From Gammaproteobacteria bacterium (GTDB lineage: Bacteria; Pseudomonadota; Gammaproteobacteria; SZUA-152), in the NCBI GenBank assembly GCA_030613605.1, contig JAUWLO010000001.1, positions 1 to 39,289 on the forward strand: a stretch of 39,289 nucleotides of DNA, read 5' to 3'. This document shows, in pieces, positions 27,612 through 35,125 of this stretch. The position numbers and the translations under genes are program-made. The notes below the pieces were generated by a model. That model ran no database searches. It was not told the origin of the DNA and worked only from the letters and a program-made list of their open reading frames with translations. The first letter of the stretch is position 1, and each line of letters begins with the position of its first letter.

Positions 27612-29054
27612 TCACATGCCGCACGATTCGAATTGTTTTGCCATTTTTCTTTCAGTCCACCAGTTAAAGAATTTAACACCAATATAAGCGCCACCAATCA
27701 TACCTAACCCAAACAACCAGCCAGAAACATCACCTTGTGAGACCCTGACAAAAAATGCGCCGACATTACATCCTAATCCAAGTCGAGAGCCGATACCCAT
27801 GAGTGCACCACCAATAATTGCCCAGGTTGCCAATTCTAAGGTCGGCTTTTTGAATTTGAACTCATTGTGCAGCAAGGCCATTACTGCAGCACCGCCAATA
27901 AGTGCTAATGACATCCAGTCTGCAGGATTCAGGGCAGGGTTGGGTATGCCGTTAACAAAACCAAAATAGATGTTATCCATATTCTCTGCGCCCATTTTAT
28001 TAAACGCCCAGCCAACCCATTGGGCCTCCTGTGTAGTCACATACCAATAGCCTGGATCGAATACAGTACCGTTAACAGATAGACCAAAGTCATGCCCCAT
28101 TCTCTCTAGCAACGAACCCGCATTTCGCACACCAAATTTTACGCGAAGTCCCTGGGTCACTAGCATCTGTAAGCCGCAAAAGATGCCCAGAATCAAACCG
28201 GCTATTGCGGTTCGTTTTGAGGAAGAAATCATGGCCCAATATCCTTTCAAATCATCCTTAAAACTAAACCCTGATTGCTTTTTCAGAAGTTTTCTCTTGA
28301 AACCACCTCTTGACCAAAAGACATAGACGATAATCAACAAAATGGTGCCAGGCACAAGAACACCAATGAGTACATTGGCAAAAAAAGCGCCTGCTACAGA
28401 ATCATTGGAAAGACCGAGAAGGCTGGCATAAGTCATCACCGGTTGATCCCATACATAACCCGCAAGATACTGGTCTACCCATCCATCGCCTGCATTTATT
28501 GTTGATGGTAATCCCTTTGCTACGGCTGATTCATGCCAGGATTCCGGCACCAGTTTATTGGTCCATCCAGCCACATCGGCAAACAAGGCCTGGGTAACAC
28601 TGATGGATAAGATAACAATGAGCGCAACGCCATTACCCTCACCCGTTTTATATAATGAGCCGGAGGCGCAACCACCGGCAAAGACCATGCCCACACCGAA
28701 GATAAAGCCGGCAATAACTGCATGAACACTTGTGGGAGCCGCATGAAATGTACTCAATCCAGTAGCACTAATAAAAGCACTGACAAAAGCAAACAGCGCT
28801 GTGGCCACCATGACACCAACAACCATTCGCGGGACGCCTACAGCAAACAGATCACGAAACGCTGATGAAAAACAGAAACGACCATATTGCAGACACATAC
28901 CATAGATAAACCCAAACCATAGATAAACCGACAGATAAATATAATATTCGTTGTAGGCAAATGTGGATATGCTAATCATGGCGAAGAACCCAACAATACC
29001 AAAAGCCCACATTCTTTTTTTTCTTAGGTCATTCTCTAATGCTGTAGCATCCAT
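27612..29054 (-). CDS. YeeE/YedE-family sulfur (thiosulfate) transport membrane protein, long form
   Basis: 480 aa and polytopic. The conserved Cys loops are FAGGCASGSLYK and LGLGCNVGAF, one in each half. It is about 130 aa longer than the roughly 350-aa YeeE I remember. Confidence 0.8.
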   Translation of the reverse strand: MDATALENDLRKKRMWAFGIVGFFAMISISTFAYNEYYIYLSVYLWFGFIYGMCLQYGRFCFSSAFRDLFAVGVPRMVVGVMVATALFAFVSAFISATGLSTFHAAPTSVHAVIAGFIFGVGMVFAGGCASGSLYKTGEGNGVALIVILSISVTQALFADVAGWTNKLVPESWHESAVAKGLPSTINAGDGWVDQYLAGYVWDQPVMTYASLLGLSNDSVAGAFFANVLIGVLVPGTILLIIVYVFWSRGGFKRKLLKKQSGFSFKDDLKGYWAMISSSKRTAIAGLILGIFCGLQMLVTQGLRVKFGVRNAGSLLERMGHDFGLSVNGTVFDPGYWYVTTQEAQWVGWAFNKMGAENMDNIYFGFVNGIPNPALNPADWMSLALIGGAAVMALLHNEFKFKKPTLELATWAIIGGALMGIGSRLGLGCNVGAFFVRVSQGDVSGWLFGLGMIGGAYIGVKFFNWWTERKMAKQFESCGM

Positions 29055-29075
29055 TGTGTTCTCCTCCCATCTGCA

Positions 29076-30953
29076 TCAAAGGATTGTATTAATTGCCTGA
29101 CTTCTGACAGGTAAATAAATATCAACGATTGTTTTGTAACGATATATTTCTTCCTGTGTTACGAATTGACGGGCATGTTTATATGCAGAGAGTCGTTCTC
29201 TTATATTGCCCGGAATCTCCTGTTTTTTACTATTCGATATAACAGCAATAATTCTTTCTGTATTTTCTTTATTGTATTGATAATATGTTGGTAATTTATA
29301 TTCCCAGGTAAATCTCAGAGGAGACGACTGCATATCATTTAACTTTGTTTGAGGGTCTCTTCCTCTTTCATCTCTATAGATGACCTGTTTCTGACTATAT
29401 AAATCAAATAAGGGGATACTCATAACTGGATTCACAGATGATCGGGTTTGTGGAAGCGTAATAACCTCTACTGTTGATAGTTCCATGGAATCAATATATT
29501 TACTGGCGGCCTGGATATTGCTTGCGCTGGTGCTTCCAAGAAAAGAGGAAAATCCTGATACTGAGAAGATGCTTGCTGATAGCAGGATGCATAAGCTCAA
29601 GTAACGCCGAATCCTTGCTTCCTTAATGTTAGCTAACGCGTAACCTGCCATTAGGGATAACATTGGGAATGCGATCAAAACATACCTTATTCTTCTAATA
29701 TCAATTATTAATATCAATAGGATCATCCAGCCAATAATTAAATATTTTAAATCCCTCTTCTTGTAGGCAAGATATAGTGAAACAACGGCGGCCAGAGAGA
29801 CAAAAGGATGGGATTGAAAAAGGAATGTCGATAGGTGGCTTTCTGACCATCCGCTTAGTGCAGGCCACTGATATCCGATCAACAATTCTATTTGGTTAAC
29901 AAATACTTCATGCTTCCAAAGTAACAATAGGCCCAGAAAAGCAGAAAGAGAGGCCAGGACAATAATATTTTGTTTTAGCATCATTTTCCTGGCATCAGGA
30001 TTGACTGTGATTTTGAAAAGAACCAGTGAAATCACGGGTAAAATACTCAGCATCAACCAGGTTGAGTATTTTGTCAGCATTGCCAGGACAATACACACCG
30101 CAGCGAGTACTGGTAAAATCGAATTCTGTCGTGTTAATGCCCGGGTATAGACGAATATAGCAAGGGAAAGAAAAAACATGGCTGGCACATCTACTAACAT
30201 CAATGGTACCTGTGTGTGGAGATAAGGGATTGCCAATAACATCAGCGCTCCATACAGACCTACACGCTCACTCCACAGGAGCTTACCGATAAAAAAGGTC
30301 ATGATGACCGTGCCGGAAAAAAAGAGCGTATTAATGACCTGTATGCCTGCTCGACTTTCCCCAGAAACTTGAAATATTAATCCATAAATAAACGGGACAA
30401 GAGGTAAGTCAGTCCAGGCCATGATTCCACGCCCCCACTCGCTAATAAAATAGCCAATGCCGTACATCTCCACATATTTTGCCTGGGTGAAGTATCGAGC
30501 GGCATCTACAATCACCTCAGGGCTACTCCAGTGCAAAATGCCAATGGAATACGATATTAAAAACAGGACGGGTACGAAATAGTGACGTGAAAGTTTAATG
30601 GTAGATATATACCATGCGATCATTAAACCTATAATCAGGGTGAATGAGATGGCCAGTAGGTCTGACTCAGAGAATATCCATTGCCAACTGGTTAGACGAT
30701 TGTCATCAATAGCACGTAACGATAATAAAGCAAAAAAAACACACAGGGATGATAAATAGATCAGTATTGCTTCTGGACAGCGTGCGATCGATGAAATTCT
30801 CAGGCAAGCCTGTTGAAAATAGGAATGAAACCCTACCGTTGTATTACCAATAAGAACCTGTTCCCCATTTTCACAAGGATCGATCCGATTGTTAACACCT
30901 TTACCAGGAGATAACTTTATCGCATTGCTCGATCTTGTCGACAAGCTCATCAT
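29076..30953 (-). CDS. GT-C fold membrane glycosyltransferase (ArnT/PMT, GT39/GT83-like)
   Basis: 625 aa with at least 10 hydrophobic helices in the first roughly 480 aa. A first-loop motif, VDAARYF, resembles the D-x-x-RY motif of ArnT/PMT enzymes. The C-terminal soluble domain is about 140 aa. AT-rich by eye. Confidence 0.55.
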   Translation of the reverse strand: MMSLSTRSSNAIKLSPGKGVNNRIDPCENGEQVLIGNTTVGFHSYFQQACLRISSIARCPEAILIYLSSLCVFFALLSLRAIDDNRLTSWQWIFSESDLLAISFTLIIGLMIAWYISTIKLSRHYFVPVLFLISYSIGILHWSSPEVIVDAARYFTQAKYVEMYGIGYFISEWGRGIMAWTDLPLVPFIYGLIFQVSGESRAGIQVINTLFFSGTVIMTFFIGKLLWSERVGLYGALMLLAIPYLHTQVPLMLVDVPAMFFLSLAIFVYTRALTRQNSILPVLAAVCIVLAMLTKYSTWLMLSILPVISLVLFKITVNPDARKMMLKQNIIVLASLSAFLGLLLLWKHEVFVNQIELLIGYQWPALSGWSESHLSTFLFQSHPFVSLAAVVSLYLAYKKRDLKYLIIGWMILLILIIDIRRIRYVLIAFPMLSLMAGYALANIKEARIRRYLSLCILLSASIFSVSGFSSFLGSTSASNIQAASKYIDSMELSTVEVITLPQTRSSVNPVMSIPLFDLYSQKQVIYRDERGRDPQTKLNDMQSSPLRFTWEYKLPTYYQYNKENTERIIAVISNSKKQEIPGNIRERLSAYKHARQFVTQEEIYRYKTIVDIYLPVRSQAINTIL

Positions 30954-31071
30954 AAGATGTTTCCTTGTTGGTGAGATCTACAGTCTCGACTTTATTATCA
31001 TTTTTTTGTTCCTCGATGAGCTTCGTGGCTTTTTCATCGGGACCATCATTGAAGATATACAGTATTTTCAT
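30901..31071 (-). CDS. Unannotated 56-aa ORF with DsrH/TusB-like C-terminus
   Basis: Hand translation: MKILYIFNDGPDEKATKLIEEQKNDNKVETVDLTNKETSYDELVDKIEQCDKVISW*. An AAGGGA SD lies 8 nt upstream of ATG 31071. The ORF is below the 60-aa track cutoff and overlaps the GT-C ORF start by 53 nt. Its C-terminus resembles the ...DY.DFV.L......MAW end of TusB/DsrH (from memory). Confidence 0.45.
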   Translation of the reverse strand: MKILYIFNDGPDEKATKLIEEQKNDNKVETVDLTNKETSYDELVDKIEQCDKVISW

Positions 31072-31092
31072 GGGTAGATTCCCTTGCTTCTT

Positions 31093-31395
31093 TTACAGGG
31101 ATATGACTTTATCCGCTTCATTATTCATCATCGCGTTGTTAAATTGACTGCCCAGGACGATTTCCTTTGATATCCCTTCCGTATTCACACCTTGATCGCT
31201 AGCACTGTGCTGGCAAAGGCTCATCACAACGTTATCTGCTGTACATAGCTGAGTAAATTCGGGATAAGCCAATAATCGAGTACCGGAGTCCATGGCGAAG
31301 ATAGATACGTCATGTCCCTTTGCGCTAGCTGCCTGAGTGATACCAACAACATGGTCTAGATGGCGGTCTGTTGTTATTATTATCCCTAACTTCAC
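31093..31395 (-). CDS. DsrE/TusD-family protein (short form)
   Basis: 100 aa. The GTG start is preceded by GAGGGGGA. KLGIIITT...GHDVSIFAMDSG...VVMSLCQHSA fits the DsrE fold pattern, including the conserved-position cysteine. Confidence 0.6.
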   Translation of the reverse strand: MKLGIIITTDRHLDHVVGITQAASAKGHDVSIFAMDSGTRLLAYPEFTQLCTADNVVMSLCQHSASDQGVNTEGISKEIVLGSQFNNAMMNNEADKVISL

Positions 31396-31465
31396 GCTGT
31401 ATCCCCCTCAAGCCAATTTATTAGTTTTGCTAGTAATAGGAATACACGCATTACTGCATATCAGG

Positions 31466-31485
31466 AATGATGCATATGCATCATT
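31466..31485. promoter_or_regulatory. Perfect 20-bp palindrome AATGATGCATATGCATCATT (candidate operator)
   Basis: Read directly. It lies 71-90 nt upstream of the dsrE-like GTG start (31395), inside the 247-bp gap that precedes the long minus-strand operon. Confidence 0.4.
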
Positions 31486-31642
31486 TTGGGGTCGCATCAG
31501 AAAAGGACAGTAATATTAACTCTCATACATGATGAGACACTACGCGAGACTATCAGAACGGGTTTTTTTGGAATGGCGTCAAAAAACGATATAGGTGACT
31601 GAATCACCCACAGGAAAATACTACGCAACTAAATAAGATCAA

Positions 31643-31915
31643 CTAATAGGGCAAAATATGGTCGTAAGACAATAACTCCCTGGCCATTGTGGCTGTTGGT
31701 ATATAGGCGGACTCAGTACAACCCTCAATATTTGAATAGGTCTTAATATCCATTTCATCAAGGGTCTCAATATTCAATTCATTGTCCTTTGTCTTAACCA
31801 GATCTCTGTCGAGTAAAAAAACATCGACACTATCATCCATCAAGGTTAAGCCGATGGACATGCGTATCGCTTCATCTTGTCTATCCTTAATGATAACCGC
31901 TATTTTTTTACTCAT
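31643..31915 (-). CDS. Small DsrE/DsrF/DsrH-fold-like protein
   Basis: 90 aa. KIAVIIKDRQDEAIRMSIGLTLMDDSVDVFLLDRDL resembles the beta1-alpha1-beta2 start of the DsrE/F/H superfamily. No conserved Cys sits at the DsrE position. This is a weak call. Confidence 0.35.
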   Translation of the reverse strand: MSKKIAVIIKDRQDEAIRMSIGLTLMDDSVDVFLLDRDLVKTKDNELNIETLDEMDIKTYSNIEGCTESAYIPTATMARELLSYDHILPY

Positions 31916-31951
31916 AACAGGTTCCTCGTATTTTATAGGTAAATATATTTC

Positions 31952-32620
31952 CTAGTGCACAAGGTTATGACGATAGGCGTAAGCTACTGCCTCTGTCTGG
32001 CTATGGACACCCAGTCGCTTCTGGATGTGTTGCATGTGATTACGGACAGTCGTCAGGCTGATCAATAGTCGTTTTCCTATAGAGGCTAGCGATATTCCTT
32101 CTGCCAGCAATTGTAGTACCTCATTTTCCCGGCCAGTAAGGCGAGAGACTACTTCATCACCTTGCCGGGTATTAGCTGGATATGTGAATGATGAGGCTGA
32201 TGGATTTCCTGCGCTCATGGCGTAATCAATAGAAGAAAGAACATCGGTGGACATGCTTCTATTAAGCAGGTGCATCACCACCCACCCCTTTTTACACATT
32301 GATGGCACCAGGACAATATTGACCGATAGAACGATCTGGTCACCCTTAGTGTCATTGGTCTTGATCGAGAAGGATTTAGGTGCGTCTGTTGCTTTCCCGG
32401 AGGCCATATCGGCAACGCAACAACCACGTTTACAAAACTGGGCATCGGTTACCGGATTGCGACCGCATATGACATCACAACATGGACGGCCTAGCACCCA
32501 ATTAGATGAGCGACCAAAAAGCTCTTCACAACCTGCATCCCAATAAATAATTCTCTGCCTGGCATCAACAGCATAGGCTCCATCTACTGCGCCATATAAA
32601 ATATCTCCAAGAATAGGCAC
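31952..32620 (-). CDS. LuxR-family transcriptional regulator with N-terminal Cys-rich PAS-like sensor
   Basis: 222 aa. The C-terminal HTH is LTGRENEVLQLLAEGISLASIGKRLLISLTTVRNHMQHIQKRLGV. The N-terminus is PAS-like (AVDARQRIIYWDAGCEELFG) and carries seven Cys in about 40 residues. The GTG start is preceded by AAGGGG. Confidence 0.8.
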   Translation of the reverse strand: MPILGDILYGAVDGAYAVDARQRIIYWDAGCEELFGRSSNWVLGRPCCDVICGRNPVTDAQFCKRGCCVADMASGKATDAPKSFSIKTNDTKGDQIVLSVNIVLVPSMCKKGWVVMHLLNRSMSTDVLSSIDYAMSAGNPSASSFTYPANTRQGDEVVSRLTGRENEVLQLLAEGISLASIGKRLLISLTTVRNHMQHIQKRLGVHSQTEAVAYAYRHNLVH

Positions 32621-32814
32621 CCTTTATCCCCTTTTATTTATTATTTAATATAGGACTTACTACATTGCTCATGTTTAAGCTCGATAGTTGAGCAAAACGG
32701 TATATTATAATCCCTCCAAACGAAACTGAGCGTTACCTGTAAATCTAGTACAGATTGAGCAAGAATCTACAGGTGATGTAAATAAATCATAAAAAATATG
32801 GAATGCTATTTTCA

Positions 32815-32955
32815 ACAGACATGAAAAAACCCACCCAGAGTTAACATAAGCAGGTTTTTCCAAACGCTTTAGCAGTATTTATAAAGCACCCTGCAATCTG
32901 AAATCAAATCGGTGCTCTAGTTAAAATATAGGTGTTCTTTGGAGAAATACAAGGC
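32815..32955 (+). repeat. Dispersed intergenic repeat, copy B (long form)
   Basis: Aligns by eye over about 140 bp with 35355-35499 (roughly four-fifths identical, one indel block). Its first roughly 90 bp aligns with 18535-18630. Confidence 0.8.
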
Positions 32956-33125
32956 GTTCTTCGAAGGAATCTATCCCTGACAGATCATCTGAAAACGTCC
33001 CCCCACTTCATCACTGTGATTTTGGTTGCAATGAGACCAGAAGAAGTCTACAACTACTACTAGATGAAACGGGTATTCCAGTTCGCTATTTTCACAACTA
33101 GCGATTAAAAGAACAAAGAACAATA

Positions 33126-33569
33126 ATGGAAAAAAGGCATGGGAGCATGAGCAGCAGATCACCTCGCTTTGGAGTATTGCACCAGAGCAATATCACCATG
33201 TTCTTTTTCAGCCTGGCGCTAAGTTTCATGTTGCTTGCGGGGGGGCTATTTGGCTCGGAGGCGCGCGCCGAATACGGTGATATCGTCCTCAATAATTATT
33301 CCGACAAGAATGGGATTCGCCCAGTAATTTTTCCTCACTGGTTTCACCGCATGCGTTACGCATGCAAATCTTGCCATAGCGACATTGGATTTCCCTTTAA
33401 GGCTGGTGGCAGTAAGGTCAACATGCTCAATATTATCAGTGGTGAATACTGCGGCGCCTGCCACAATGGCCAAATTGCCTGGTCGGTGGAAAACTGTGAC
33501 CTGTGTCATTCTGCCCTGCCGAACACGCCTACGCAGGTGCACAACAGTGTGTTAAGAGCACCGAAATAA
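33126..33569 (+). CDS. c7-type triheme cytochrome c domain protein
   Basis: 147 aa with a signal-like hydrophobic N-terminus and three CXXCH motifs (CKSCH, CGACH, CDLCH). They sit in the pattern V.FPH..H...C..CH..(19)..G..CG.CH.G..A....C..CH. The start is uncertain (33126, 33147 or 33198). Confidence 0.75.
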   Translation: MEKRHGSMSSRSPRFGVLHQSNITMFFFSLALSFMLLAGGLFGSEARAEYGDIVLNNYSDKNGIRPVIFPHWFHRMRYACKSCHSDIGFPFKAGGSKVNMLNIISGEYCGACHNGQIAWSVENCDLCHSALPNTPTQVHNSVLRAPK

Positions 33570-33592
33570 TTCAATTATGCCGATCTATTAAT

Positions 33593-34180
33593 ATGAATAA
33601 ACGCCAGATTACAATTACTTCACTTACCTTGTTCGCAGTCGCCCTGACCGCACTGATGGGTGTAGGTGTAGTCAATGCGGCGGGTAATCCTAATCCTTTT
33701 AACCGACTCTTTGTGCCACCCAAAGAGCGTGACACAGCCTTAAAGAATGACAAAATTCACGACCCCTCCGTACCTGGACTGAAGCTGTTACAGCAGCCCA
33801 AAGAAGCCTTTGCACCACTGCCTGGCAGTATAGGTGGTAACTATATTAACTGGGTGCAAGCTCTTAACAAGGGCCTCATCAAGCCTCATTTCGATCACCT
33901 TGATGCCAGCAAAGAGGCCCTGTCCATGGATCTGGTGATTGTCATGGAGGTTAAGGGCAGCATGCCCAATGTAGCCTTCCCTCATAAAGAACACACGGTC
34001 TGGTTAGAATGTACCAATTGTCATGATTCCATCTTTAAGCCATTAAAAGGCGCTAACCCCATGAGCATGGCGGAGATTATGTTGGGACAAAAGTGTGGCG
34101 TGTGTCATGGTTCTGTGGCATTTCCAGTCACAGAATGCCGTCGTTGTCATACGGAATCCAAGAAAACTGCGAAAAAGTAA
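33593..34180 (+). CDS. c7-type triheme cytochrome c domain protein (paralogue)
   Basis: 195 aa from ATG 33593 (signal peptide MNKRQITITSLTLFAVALTALMGVGVVNA). CTNCH, CGVCH and CRRCH are spaced as in the upstream gene. The track ORF start at 33503 overlaps the previous gene and was not used. Confidence 0.75.
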   Translation: MNKRQITITSLTLFAVALTALMGVGVVNAAGNPNPFNRLFVPPKERDTALKNDKIHDPSVPGLKLLQQPKEAFAPLPGSIGGNYINWVQALNKGLIKPHFDHLDASKEALSMDLVIVMEVKGSMPNVAFPHKEHTVWLECTNCHDSIFKPLKGANPMSMAEIMLGQKCGVCHGSVAFPVTECRRCHTESKKTAKK

Positions 34181-34186
34181 CTCCCT

Positions 34187-35083
34187 TTGCGACCTCAACG
34201 AATTGGCTTTTACTTCCTGCTATTTGGTTTATTGCTCTTTGCCCCACTGAGTATGGCTGATGAGCCTCGTCGCATAATCACGGCCGATGCTAGCAAATTA
34301 GGGGTGGGTCAAAATATTGGTTTTGTGGAAAAACTCATCCATGAATCTGCCGCCGCTAAACAAATCTTGAAAAGTGACAATCCAGAGGCTCGCGCATTTC
34401 AGGAAAAAGCCATCATGCATTTGGATGAAGCAAGGGCAGCTGAGAAACAAGGCAATGCCGAGGCCGTTGCCAAGGCCCTGAACAAGGCTAAGCTAGCCAT
34501 TTTTATGGGCATGCGACTTGTGGGCGGCAAGGTCGTAAAAGATAAAAAGCAGGAGAACTACAATAAAAAGCGGCATAGTCTGGAATCCTTATTGGCTGCT
34601 CATAAGCGCATACGTAAAGAAAATGAGTCAGGACAGGATTCCAGGGATGCAGAAGTCGAAACTCACACTCAGAAAAGGATGCAAGAGGCACAAGCGTATT
34701 ATGACAAGGGAGAACTGATCAAGGCCGGGGATGTGCTGAATAACGCCTATCTCAGTCTTAAACTTTCCCTGGTTAAATTACGTGATGGAAAAACGTTGGT
34801 ACGCAGCCTTCACTTTGAAACCAGGGAAGATGAATACCGATATGAATTAAGGCGTAACGACACCCACAATATGCTCATCAATACCGTGCTGAAAAAGAAG
34901 CGCGAAGATCCACGTCTTGGCAAACTCATGGATATCCCGCTCAAGGAAGCAGACAAGCTTCGTACCGAGGCAGAACAACAGGCAGGCAGCGAGAATTATG
35001 AGGCCGCCATAAAAACCCTGGAAGAGTCCACAAAACACATTATCCGCGCCATTCGCATGGCAGGTATCTTTATTCCTGGCTGA
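34187..35083 (+). CDS. Secreted all-helical hypothetical protein
   Basis: 298 aa. The TTG start lies 6 nt after the cytochrome stop. The signal peptide ends LSMA-DEP. The protein is rich in K/E/A helices, and I recognise no motif. Confidence 0.5.
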   Translation: MRPQRIGFYFLLFGLLLFAPLSMADEPRRIITADASKLGVGQNIGFVEKLIHESAAAKQILKSDNPEARAFQEKAIMHLDEARAAEKQGNAEAVAKALNKAKLAIFMGMRLVGGKVVKDKKQENYNKKRHSLESLLAAHKRIRKENESGQDSRDAEVETHTQKRMQEAQAYYDKGELIKAGDVLNNAYLSLKLSLVKLRDGKTLVRSLHFETREDEYRYELRRNDTHNMLINTVLKKKREDPRLGKLMDIPLKEADKLRTEAEQQAGSENYEAAIKTLEESTKHIIRAIRMAGIFIPG

Positions 35084-35125
35084 ATTTCCAGTTAATTAAA
35101 CAATGCGAGCAAGTGCCCCATTTGT

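Noticed and set aside
33503-33592. N-terminal extension of the second triheme cytochrome ORF that overlaps the first cytochrome gene
   Set aside because: The extension has no signal peptide. ATG 33593 gives a classical signal peptide (MNKRQITITSLTLFAVALTALMGVGVVNA) and removes the 67-nt overlap.
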